DNA of 64,000 bases. Origin: Polyangium spumosum (GTDB lineage Bacteria > Myxococcota_A > Polyangia > Polyangiales > Polyangiaceae). The position numbers were made by a program, and so were the translations under genes. Below, one piece after another: positions 54,001-62,800 of this stretch. The DNA lies in assembly GCF_009649845.1 (NCBI RefSeq), contig NZ_WJIE01000009.1:32685-96684 (forward strand), read 5' to 3'. The notes beneath the pieces are model-generated. The model searched no databases. It worked only from the letters and a program-made list of their open reading frames with translations, and had not been told where the DNA came from. Position 1 is the stretch's first letter. The number at the start of each line of letters is the position of its first letter.

Positions 54001-55444
54001 GTCCCTGCGAAAGGCCCATTTCGACGACGTGCCGGAGTCGGCCACGATCGAGAACTGGGAGTCGAACCTGGAGACCTGGTCGGCGAAAAACGCGTCGGGC
54101 CCGAGCACCGAATGGGACCGGATCCAGCCGTCGACCACGTCGTCGAACGTCGTCGCGCACGGCAATGCGCCCTCCGGCGTGCACGACGAGCGGTACGAGT
54201 CGCCCGACCTCGTGGTCGGCAATGGCAACCTGACGATGTCGCTCGTGCACCGGTATCAGTTCGAGCGCAGCGGCACGCCGGCCGTGAACTGGGACGGCGC
54301 CGTCATCGAGGTCTCCGCGGACGGCGGCCAGACCTGGTCCAACATCAACATGTTCGCGAACCTCGGCGCCAATTACAATGGCAACATCGGCAGCCCGATC
54401 GCGAGCAACCCGCTGCTCGGCCAGCAGGGCTTCACCGGCCAGAGCGCAGGCTTCGCGAACGGGAGCAACATCACGACGAGCGCCAACCTCGGCACGCAGT
54501 TCGCCGGCCAGACCATCCGGGTCCGCTTCCGCATCGGCACGGACGAGGAGGTCGGCACCCTGGGCTGGTTCATCGAGAGCGTGTCCTTCAACGGCCTCGC
54601 GAACATGCCGTTCTCGAGCATCGTCGCGGACGAGGGGATGTGCGGCGTCGACCCGAACACCCCGCCGATCGCGGACGCCGGGCCGGATCAAACCGTGACG
54701 AGCGGCGACAGCGTGACGCTCGACGCGTCGGGCAGCTCGGATCCCGACATGGACGCGTTGACGTTCGCCTGGACGCAGACGGCCGGGCCGGGCGCGACGC
54801 TGAGCGCGCCGAGCGGCACGACGACGGACTTCGTCGCGCCGACGGTCGCGATGGATACGGTGCTCACGTTCGAGGTGGCCGTGAACGACGGCCAGGCGTC
54901 GGCGGTGGACACGGTCGACGTGCTCGTGCAGCCCCCGGCCGGGACGAGCAGCAGCTCCAGCGGCACCGGCGGTATGGGCGGCGCCGGCGGCATGGGCGGC
55001 GCTGGCGGCATGGGTGGTGAAGGTGGCGTCGGCGGCGGCATGGGCGGCGCTGGTGGTGCCGGCGGCGGCATGGGCGGCGCTGGTGGTGCCGGCGGCGGCA
55101 TGGGCGGCGCTGGCGGCATGGGCGGTGAAGGCGGCGTCGGCGGCACTGGCGGCATGGGCGGCGCTGGTGGTGCCGGCGGTGCCGGCGGCGCTGGTGGCAT
55201 GGGCGGCGACGGCGGCATGGTCGCGGCCGGTGGCATGGGCGGCGCGGGCGGCGACGGCGGCGCGGGCACCGGCACCGGCACCGGCACCGGCGGCGGCGTC
55301 GACGACACGGTCGTCGTCGGCGGTTGCGGCTGCTCGGTGCCCGGCGACGAGGCGCCGGCGCGTGGCGTGGGCGCCATGGGCGGCCTGCTCGCGATGGTGG
55401 GCGCCTGGATGGCCAAGCGCCGCCGCAGCAGCAAGCGGTCCTGA
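51083..55444 (+). CDS. secreted zinc metalloprotease, fungalysin (M36)-like, with FTP propeptide, PA-domain insert, PKD domain, Gly-rich repeat and MYXO-CTERM sorting signal
   Basis: Signal peptide MKRSARYATALITLLAGSAAHA. HEWGHFIHNRL and GEGWGD match the M36 HEYTHGxSNRL / GEGWSD motifs. PA-like YTGKIVLLDRGSCDFVVKVKNVQNAGGVGAIVANH. PKD-like PIADAGPDQTVTSGDSVTLDASGSSDPDMDALTFAWTQ. (GGMGGAGG)n tract. C-terminal GCGCSVPG...hydrophobic...KRRRSSKRS is the MYXO-CTERM pattern. Confidence 0.9.
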   Translation: MKRSARYATALITLLAGSAAHAGDMELPNYHAYDDAPAVAVSPLQNQHLAGVSGVTGVDEKRGVPTFFWAPKGGWKAPGALTARPEASARLYLERYAGLYGVGKRVIDAAMPVVVNELTGGGIIVVFRQKVDGIDVFQNDVKVLMTQGRELVAIAGNLHASAAPGMKRGKNFKLTPVTAVARAFNDFFATKVPVSAFRDMKKIEHDYAFFDVVENDETRAANITLTQPARIKKVYFPMPDRLVSAYYVEVWGGEKGALTSELYAYVVAADDGRLLMRASRTHDAAHTYRVWTDGPPKLTPMEGPMVDFAPHPTGVPDGSAPAFTAPTLVTVDGFNTNPVGTFDPWLPAGAMDTNGNNVEAYVDHTLPDGLSAGDYRADVTAPGVFDRVYDTSLQPNVSQDQVKAAITQLFFLNNYLHDYWYDSGFNEAAGNAQVDNYGRGGLGNDSLRAEAQDGYLNNPPSLDNANMSTPADGSRPRMQMFVWSGKPNASLTTNPGGTTTAVGVAGFGPQTFDIGPADLALALDNSTDTTNETPGTFNDACQALVGNYTGKIVLLDRGSCDFVVKVKNVQNAGGVGAIVANHLTPGLPPSPMGGTDATINIGALGITKDQGDALKAALQAGPIAATLFRGETIQRDGTIDNGVAAHEWGHFIHNRLVNVSSVQARGQGEGWGDIVAFHMLIREGDDPNGVYATAVYGGATFGDSAYFGIRRYPYTTDFTKNALTFRHIQAGEPLPVGMPIQPLAAENEEVHNTGEIWATMVLEGYAKLLEDVYAATPRHTFDQAKRKMTDYLVGGMQLAPSNPTFTEQRDGILATAIASNVDDFEDLATGFALRGAGSCAISPPRNSTDNVGVTESYEAAPQPVLVSVNVDDSVLSCDNDGVIDGGEVGNVVVAVRNQGWGPLAGGTVTVSSTNPNVSFPNGATAALPTTNVLAEGSATIQIALANSVAAITDLELKVDVSAPGSCTPTISSTSLRKAHFDDVPESATIENWESNLETWSAKNASGPSTEWDRIQPSTTSSNVVAHGNAPSGVHDERYESPDLVVGNGNLTMSLVHRYQFERSGTPAVNWDGAVIEVSADGGQTWSNINMFANLGANYNGNIGSPIASNPLLGQQGFTGQSAGFANGSNITTSANLGTQFAGQTIRVRFRIGTDEEVGTLGWFIESVSFNGLANMPFSSIVADEGMCGVDPNTPPIADAGPDQTVTSGDSVTLDASGSSDPDMDALTFAWTQTAGPGATLSAPSGTTTDFVAPTVAMDTVLTFEVAVNDGQASAVDTVDVLVQPPAGTSSSSSGTGGMGGAGGMGGAGGMGGEGGVGGGMGGAGGAGGGMGGAGGAGGGMGGAGGMGGEGGVGGTGGMGGAGGAGGAGGAGGMGGDGGMVAAGGMGGAGGDGGAGTGTGTGTGGGVDDTVVVGGCGCSVPGDEAPARGVGAMGGLLAMVGAWMAKRRRSSKRS
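54960..55300 (+). repeat. GC-rich 12/24-bp tandem repeats encoding (GGMGGAGG)n / (GGAGGAGG)n
   Basis: Direct reading. A similar tract occurs at about 57478..57605 in the HAD lipoprotein gene. Confidence 0.85.
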
Positions 55445-55569
55445 ACCACGAAAGGGAGAGGCGCGTGTACACCCGCGCCTCTTCGGCCCCGCCCGCGTCG
55501 TCCTCGTGACGGCGCGGGCGGCGTCTTTTTGTGGTCCGCCCGGATCGCAGCGCCGAGAGGGCGCGAAGA

Positions 55570-57207
55570 TCAGGGTTTGGCCGGGCGACGCGCGACGACC
55601 TCGAGCGCCCCCTCGAAGGGCGCGCGCTGGGCCGCGAGGGCGCGGACGAGGTCGTTCATCGAGGGCAGGTCGTCGGCGACGAAGACGAAGCGATAGACGC
55701 CGGGGCTCTTCTGGGTCGAATACACGAAGGCGCGCGTGAGCCGGGCCTCGGCGGTGATCGCGGCGACGGCGGCGGCGCCGATGTGCGGCTCGAAGCGCGC
55801 GAGCTCGTGGATGTGCGCGTGCGTCAGGAAAAACGCGCCGCCCCAGTGAGGGCGCGCGGCGAAGAGGTTCAAGGTCTCGGGGGCGCGGAGGACGTCGGAG
55901 GCCCTGGCGCCGCCGAGCGAAGAGGCCATCGCGGCGCCGTCGAGGGCGTGAAACGCGGGCCAGAAGCCGGGGGCGACGACGGCGACGAGGGGGCGGGCGT
56001 GGGCGATGGGCGGCATGCCGCCGGGGAAGGCCTCCCGGACGGACGCGAGGAAACCCGCGGCGAACCCGGGGTCGTGCAGGCCCTGGCCCTCGGCGAGGCG
56101 CGCCTCGAGGAAGGGGAGGGCGGCCTTGGCGACGCGGTCGATCGTGGGCTCGGCGTAGAGGCCGAGGGGCGCCGCGAGCTTCTTTTGAAGAGCTCCCGGA
56201 TCGAGCCGAGCGAGGGACCTGGCGGTGCCGAGCGCGGTGGCGAGGGCCTCGTCGAGGACCGCATACGACGCCGGGGCGAGGGGGTCGTTCGTCTCGACGA
56301 ACGCGCGGGCGAGGGCGGCGAGGCGCTCGTCGGGGGCGGCGGCGTGCAGGTGGTGGAGCATTTCGTGGACGACGACGGGGGCGCGGTCCTCGGGTTTTTC
56401 GCCGGCCGGCATCTCGATGACGGCGTGGCCGCCGATCTGGCGGGCGGCGTCGACGGAGCGGTGGGCGGGGCGGGCCATGAGGTGGAAATGGAGGGGCGCG
56501 CCGTCGGGGAGATCGGCCCCGTAAAACCCGGCGAGGGCCTCGACGTGGCCGGTGAGGCCCTCGCGCTGGAAGAGGGCGGCGAGCCTCTCGGCGGATTCTT
56601 CGCAATGGGCGCGGCCCTCGCGCTCCCAGTATCGATCGAATCGAGGGCGGAAATGGTCGACGAGGGCCTGCGCGCGCAACGCGCCCTCGGGCGAGGTGAC
56701 GAGGCCGAGGAAGCGGACGTGCTCGTCGGGCGTGCGGGAGACGAGGCCGGCGATGGCGAGGCGGGCGGCGACGGTGCGATCGGCGTGGGGGAGGGGGAGG
56801 GGGGCGGTGGGGGCCTTCGCGGAGGGTTCGATGCGTCCGCTCCAGGATTCGCGGCTCTCGCGGAAGGCCTCGAGGGTGCGGCGATCTTCGTCGTCCCAGC
56901 CGAGCTCGTCCTGCCAGAGGGCCTCGTAGGCGGCGCGGGAGCAGGGGTGGCGGCCGGCCATGCAATCGAGCTGGTAGACGAGGTTCGGGAGGGGATCGGC
57001 GTGAAAGACGAGGCGGAGCTTCCGGCCGCGGGCCTCACGCTCGAACGAGGGGCCTGGCGCGGCGCCGGGCTTCGCCGTCTCCGGGGCGCGTTCGGGCTCG
57101 ATGCGCGCGGGCTCGGCCTTCGGCGCGGGGGAGCACGCGGCGAGGCCGAGGAGCACGAAGCGGGCGAGGGACCTGGGCGCGATTCGAGGGGCCGGGGGGG
57201 AGGCCAT
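55570..57207 (-). CDS. lipoprotein with HExxH motif (putative zinc-dependent hydrolase, unknown family)
   Basis: Lipobox FVLLGLAAC. Internal VVVHEMLHHLH motif. Confidence 0.65.
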   Translation of the reverse strand: MASPPAPRIAPRSLARFVLLGLAACSPAPKAEPARIEPERAPETAKPGAAPGPSFEREARGRKLRLVFHADPLPNLVYQLDCMAGRHPCSRAAYEALWQDELGWDDEDRRTLEAFRESRESWSGRIEPSAKAPTAPLPLPHADRTVAARLAIAGLVSRTPDEHVRFLGLVTSPEGALRAQALVDHFRPRFDRYWEREGRAHCEESAERLAALFQREGLTGHVEALAGFYGADLPDGAPLHFHLMARPAHRSVDAARQIGGHAVIEMPAGEKPEDRAPVVVHEMLHHLHAAAPDERLAALARAFVETNDPLAPASYAVLDEALATALGTARSLARLDPGALQKKLAAPLGLYAEPTIDRVAKAALPFLEARLAEGQGLHDPGFAAGFLASVREAFPGGMPPIAHARPLVAVVAPGFWPAFHALDGAAMASSLGGARASDVLRAPETLNLFAARPHWGGAFFLTHAHIHELARFEPHIGAAAVAAITAEARLTRAFVYSTQKSPGVYRFVFVADDLPSMNDLVRALAAQRAPFEGALEVVARRPAKP

Positions 57208-57384
57208 GTGCCGAGAGCGTGGATCGAATCGAGCAGGCGCGCTCCCGCGATGGAGCGGCTTTTGCGTGTGGAAATGGCGAATGGCTCACCGTGTTACCAT
57301 GATGTCGCGAAAATGTCGCGAAAATGGTGTTCACGGGATTCGTGCTTTCCATGGTAGGGTGCTCTTCGAAAGGGGTTCCTTGCC

Positions 57385-58815
57385 ATGATCAAGATTCGGT
57401 CTTTTCTTCCCGTCGCGCTCGTCATGGGGCTCGCGATGTCCTCGGCGGCTTGCGGAGACGACGGTGAGCAGGGCACGGGGGGGAGCGGGGGTACGGGCGC
57501 GACCGGCGGTATGGGCGGAACGGGCGGCGCCGGTGGAATGGGCGGCGCCGGTGGGATGGGCGGCGCCGGTGGAATGGGCGGCGCCGGGGGCGCCGGTGGC
57601 GGGATGATGGCCGCGCCGGACCTGGATTCGAGCCTGCCGTGGCACGGGCAGAACCGCGAGGCGCTCGACAAGATGATCGACGAGGTTGGGGTGAACAGCC
57701 CGACCTATGATCCGGCGCAAAAGCCGGTCGCCATTTTCGACTGGGACAACACGGTCATCAAGAACGACGTGGGTGACCTCGTGTTCTTCTGGATGCTGAA
57801 GAACGACAAGGTGCTCCAGCCGCCGAACAAGGATTGGGGCGCGACGAGCCCGGTCTTGACGATGCAGGCCCGGAATGCGCTGAATCAGGCGTGCGGGAGC
57901 CTGGCCGAGGCGGGGATGCCGCTGCCGACGAGCACGAACGCGGCCTGCGCGGACGAGCTCGTCTCCGTGTACACGGCGGCCGAGACGACCTCGGGGCAGG
58001 CGGCTTACGAGGGCTGGAATTACCGCACGATGGAGCCCGCGTACGCGTGGGTGGCAGAGCTCCAGGCGGGTTACACGCTGGACGAGGTGAAGGCCTTCGC
58101 GAACACGGCCATCGAGGCGGGGCTCGCCGCGATGGAGGGCGAGAAGCAGACGGTCGGGACGAACTCGGTCAATGCGTACGTCCGGATCTACGACCAGATC
58201 AAGGATCTGATCGACGTGATGCAGAAGAACGGGCTCGACGTGTGGGTGCTCTCGGCGTCGTCGCAGCCGATCGTGGAGGCGTTCGCGACGCGGGTCAACG
58301 TGAGCGGCGACCACGTGATCGGGATCCGCACCGTGATCGACGCGGGCGGGAAGCTCACGTACGACTTCCAGGGCTGCGGGTCGGTCGTGGACGGCTCGGG
58401 CAATGGCCAGAACCCGGTCGGCAATACGATGATCACGTACATCGAGGGCAAGCGCTGCTGGATGAACAAGGTGATCTACGGCGTGAGCGGGGCCGACGCG
58501 GAGAAGCCGAACGCAGACCCGAAGAAGCGGCCGGTGTTCGGCGCGGGCGACTCGGACACGGACATCTCGTTCCTGCACGATTCGACGGTGCTCAAGCTCG
58601 CGCTCAACCGCAACAAGAACGAGATCATGTGCAACGCCTACGCGAACCACATGGGGCAATGGCTCGTGAACCCGATGTTCATCGCGCCAAACCCGCAGAA
58701 GGCCGCCCCGTACCCGTGCTCGACGACGGGCTGCAAGGACGCGACGGGCGCGTCGGTGGCCTGCGTGAACGAGGCGGGTGAGCCGATCCCGGATCAGATG
58801 GATACGGTGTTCTGA
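57385..58815 (+). CDS. secreted HAD-superfamily (HAD-IB / phosphoserine-phosphatase-like) hydrolase lipoprotein with Gly-rich linker
   Basis: Lipobox GLAMSSAAC. (GGMGGAGG)n linker. HAD motif I IFDWDNTV, later GDSDTD (motif IV-like). Confidence 0.8.
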   Translation: MIKIRSFLPVALVMGLAMSSAACGDDGEQGTGGSGGTGATGGMGGTGGAGGMGGAGGMGGAGGMGGAGGAGGGMMAAPDLDSSLPWHGQNREALDKMIDEVGVNSPTYDPAQKPVAIFDWDNTVIKNDVGDLVFFWMLKNDKVLQPPNKDWGATSPVLTMQARNALNQACGSLAEAGMPLPTSTNAACADELVSVYTAAETTSGQAAYEGWNYRTMEPAYAWVAELQAGYTLDEVKAFANTAIEAGLAAMEGEKQTVGTNSVNAYVRIYDQIKDLIDVMQKNGLDVWVLSASSQPIVEAFATRVNVSGDHVIGIRTVIDAGGKLTYDFQGCGSVVDGSGNGQNPVGNTMITYIEGKRCWMNKVIYGVSGADAEKPNADPKKRPVFGAGDSDTDISFLHDSTVLKLALNRNKNEIMCNAYANHMGQWLVNPMFIAPNPQKAAPYPCSTTGCKDATGASVACVNEAGEPIPDQMDTVF

Positions 58816-58839
58816 GCGGAAAACGCGGGGGCCCCGGGT

Positions 58840-59814
58840 TCAGGGGTTGCGGACGCAACGGAACCCGAGCCCGGGGACCTCGTACGTATGAATGGCGGCG
58901 CCCCGAAACGCCGCCTGGATCCCGAGGTTCGATCGATTCCAGCCGCCGCCGCGCACGACGTGCACGAGCACGCGGGGGTTCTGCACGTGGGGATCCGTGA
59001 CGGATCCGGCGGGGTATTTCGTGTAGGTGTCGTCGCACCACTCCCAGACGTTGCCCGCGAGGTCGTGGAGCACGCCCGTGGGCCAGACGCGAGCTCCCCT
59101 GGGATGAGAGCGGACGGGCGAGGTGCCGCCGCCATGGCAGCCAGAGTCGCCGCCGGGCGAGACGAGGACGCCGATCGTGAAATCGGCGTGCTCGCAGGTG
59201 GGCTCGTCGTCGCCCCAGGGCCATTTGCGACCATCACCGCCGGTCGCTGCCCATTCCCACTGGGCCTCGGTCGGGAGATCCTTGCCCTGGGCCTTGCAGT
59301 ATTTCCTGGCCTTGTCCCAGGAGACCTCGTTGGCCGGATGATCAGGGCGGCGAGGGTAATTCGCGAAGACCTCGAGCCTCTTCGGCGGGTCACAAGCCTT
59401 CGCGTCGACACAACGCTTCATCGCGGCGACGGTGACCTCGGTCTCGTCCATGCAAAACGGGCGGGTGAGGACGACGCGGTGCGGCCGATCGGTGTCGGGC
59501 AGGTGGCCCTTGCGGAGGCGGCGAGCGCCGCCGTTCAAGGTAAAACCTTTGCCCATGACAAACCCGTCCGGGCCCGTCTTCGGGATGTAGACCTCGCCCG
59601 CAGGGCAATGCGGGGCGCACGCGCCGGTGGTGTCGTCGCAACGCTCGATGGAGGCGCAGGTGACGGCCGCGCAGCGAGAGGGCTCGGGCGGCGCGGGCGC
59701 AGGTGGTGGCGCGGCAGAGGGCGGCGGGGCGGGCGCGGGCGAGGCGTCCGGGGAGGAGCAGGCGGCGGCCCCGAGGAGCAGGGCCGCCGCGGCGAGGAGC
59801 AGGCGCGAGGGCAA
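58840..59814 (-). CDS. formylglycine-generating enzyme (FGE/SUMF1)-family lipoprotein
   Basis: Lipobox LLLGAAAC. FGE-sulfatase fold signatures (RVVLTRPFCMDETEVT, HPANEVSWDKARKYC, GNVWEWCDD, RGGGWN). Confidence 0.85.
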   Translation of the reverse strand: MPSRLLLAAAALLLGAAACSSPDASPAPAPPPSAAPPPAPAPPEPSRCAAVTCASIERCDDTTGACAPHCPAGEVYIPKTGPDGFVMGKGFTLNGGARRLRKGHLPDTDRPHRVVLTRPFCMDETEVTVAAMKRCVDAKACDPPKRLEVFANYPRRPDHPANEVSWDKARKYCKAQGKDLPTEAQWEWAATGGDGRKWPWGDDEPTCEHADFTIGVLVSPGGDSGCHGGGTSPVRSHPRGARVWPTGVLHDLAGNVWEWCDDTYTKYPAGSVTDPHVQNPRVLVHVVRGGGWNRSNLGIQAAFRGAAIHTYEVPGLGFRCVRNP

Positions 59815-59831
59815 GCGCGAGGCGGGAAGGA

Positions 59832-62800
59832 TCAGTCGAGGCCGAGGCGCGCGCGGGCGTCGGCGTAGGCGTCGCTCACCGAGAAGACGATGAGCTCGCG
59901 GGCCTCGGCGTTGCGGCCGATCCAGGTGAGGCGCTCCTTGCCAGAGGCCGGCGGCTGGTTCGTGTGGCCGCCGGCCCAGGCGATGCCCTGGAGCGCGATG
60001 TTGGGGTCGCCGACCGCGAGCAGGCCCGCACGAGCGCCCCAGCCGTTCACCGCGGTGTTCAGCGTCGAGGCGCGGTTGCCGATGCTGGCGATGACGTCGG
60101 TCGCGAGCGTTTGCACCTGCGGATCGAGGCTCGCCGGCAGGGCCTTGGCGACACGCGCCGAGGCGTCGTTGAGCTTGGCCGGGTCGACACCTTGCGGGGC
60201 AAACCCGGGGCTCAAGGCCTTGAGGTACGCAGCGAGCAGCGGCCAGAGGTCGATCGGCGCGGTGCGCGAGAAGGCCGTGGCGTTCGCCTGGACGACCTTG
60301 AGCGCGCGGTGGATGAGGAACGCGCGGACAGCCTCGTTCGTCGCGTTCACGAGCGGCGCGCCGAGCACGATCGTCGCCGGATGTGCGCTCGCGGCGACGC
60401 AGACCAGGCCGAGCGTGGACGACTGGAGCACCTTGAGGTCGTCGAGACCGTAGGCGCGCCCGAGGTCCTTGATCTCCTCCGCGAGCTGCGCCTGCGGGGG
60501 CGGGAAGGGCGTCGCGCGGACCGACGTGGTGTCGAAAGGCACGGCGGTGTCGAGCATCGGCCCGGTGCGCTGGAGCAGATCGCGGAACGCCGGGGTCATG
60601 ACGTCGGGAGCGACGAGCTCGTCGAGCGACGCGTCACCCGCCGCCGCGCCCGCGCCCGCGAGCTCCACCGCGCCGCCGTCGAGGGCCGCGACGCTGCCGC
60701 GCGCGATACGCGCGACCTCGGGGCGGCCGCGCAGATCGGCGACGGTGGCGACGGTGCTGAAGAGGTACGGCTCGAAGCGGCCGGTGCCGAGCGCGCGGCG
60801 CGCGTCGGCGACGGCACGATCGAGCAGGACGTTCGCGGCCTGGGCTTGATCGGTGCGCTGGTAGAAGCTCGCGAGCGCGCCGAGCGCGACGTCGTCCTTG
60901 GGCCAGGTCTTGCGCGCCTGGAGCAAGGTCTGCTCGGCCTTCTTGAGGTCGCCCATCGCCTCGTAGATCTCGGCGAGCTGCGTCGTGCGACGGCACTTCG
61001 CGTCGGGCTCCTCGACGTTGTTGATGAGGATCGTCTGCTGCTCGAGGGCCTTCGCCGTGTCGCCGAGGTTCTTGTAGAGGTCGACGAGGCGCTCTCGGGC
61101 CGGCTCGTCGTTCGCGAAGCGCTTCAAGACCTCCTGGTAGGAGAGCTCGGCGCGCTCGGCGTTCGGCAGCGGGCCGTTGTAGAGGTCGCCGAGGCGCATG
61201 TAGAGCTCGGCCTGGCGCTCGGGCTCGGCGACGAGGCGCGCGAGCCGGATCCAGGCCTGCTCCGCGCCGCCCCAGTCCTCTTCCTTCGCGCAGACGTCGG
61301 CGAACGCCGTCAGCGCCTCGACGTGGTCGGGGTTCTGATCGAGCGCCGCCGCGAGCGCCTGCTTGGCCGCCGCCGCGTCGCCGACGTCGGCGAGCGCGCG
61401 GCCACGAAGGACCTCCATCTCGACGCGCTCGGCCGGATCGGTGACGGCGTCGAGGCGACGCTCGAGGAGCGCGGCGAGCTCGGCCCGCGCGCCGCTCGCG
61501 ACGTAGATCGCCTGCAAGCGCTGGAAGACGTCGAGGTACGAGGGATCCACCGCGAAGACGCTCTCGAGGGCGCCACGCGCGCGTTCGGTCTCGGGGGTCT
61601 TGTCGGCCCAGAGCACGGCGGCGAGGTAGAGGTTGCGCACGCGCTCCTCGTTCGTCGCGCTGGTCTGCGCGGCACCCTCGAGCGCCGTCGCTGCGCCCAC
61701 GGCGTCGCCCGCCTGCTCGAGGGCCCGGGCCCGCTCGAGGTGCACCACGAGGTGACCAGGGACGAGCTCGATGGCCTTCTCGAGCAGCTCGCGCGCCTTC
61801 TCGCCCTCACCCGCGCGAGCCGCAGACTCGGCGGCGCGCAGCGCGAGGGTCGCGATCTCGGAGGCGCGCTCGGTGCGATTCGCGAGCTCGAGGTCAGCCT
61901 CGAGCGCGGTCGCCTCGTCGCCACGCGCGCGAGCGTGCGCGGCCATCTGCCGGAGCGCCCAGAGCCCACGCGGCTGGTTGCGATAGGCGATCTCGACAGG
62001 CTCGCGTGTCTCGTCCCAGCCGTGGATGCGCAGGCGGAGGCGCGCCGAGAGGTGCGCATGCGCGATGGCCTCGGGGCCTTCGAGCGTCGTCGCGAGCGTG
62101 AAGGCGACGGGCTCGAGCTCCTCGTCGCGGCCGCCCGCGATGAGGGCGCTCGCGACGCGACGGAGCGTCGGCAGGTGCGTAGGCGTCTCCTCGAGGATCG
62201 TGCGGCGCCAGAGCAGGCCGCTCGCCGCGTCGCCGCGGCCGAGCTCGTCGAGCTCGGCGAGGCGCTCGTACGACTGCAGCCGCTCGACGGGATCCTCCGT
62301 CGAACGCGCGTACTGCAAGAGGCCGTCGACGAGCTCGGCCGTGCCGTGGCCCGCGAGCGCCGCGCGGTAGGCGCAGAGCGGCGCGAGCAGCGTCTCGCCC
62401 GCGCCGATGGCTTGCCGCGCGAGGGCCGCGGCCTTCTCGAGGTCGCCGTCGCGCTCGTACTCGAGCGCGGCTTCGAGCGAGAAGCGCGCGGCGTCGCTGC
62501 CCGTGGAGGCGGCGGCGCGCTCGGCGCGCCAGGACGCACGATCCGCCGGGCGCTCGGGCGAGAGGCGCTCGTAGAGCTCACGCAGGCCGATGTCGTCGGG
62601 CCGCGCGCCGAGGGCCTGCGCGAGCAGGCGCGCCCCGTGCGCGGCGCCCTCCGGCGTGATGAGCGCCTCGCGCACGAAGTCGCGGGCCTGCTCGATCGGA
62701 TCCTCGCTCGCCTGACGGCGAAGCTGGAGCCACTCGATGAGGCCGTCGCGATCCCCCACGCCGCGCGCGGTGCGCTCGCCGAGGTGGACCGAGAGCGGCA

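Noticed and set aside
50687-56965. 2092-aa minus-strand ORF spanning the metalloprotease and neighbouring genes
   Set aside because: Antisense artefact of GC-rich coding DNA (runs of R, P, A, G). It overlaps three well-supported sense genes.
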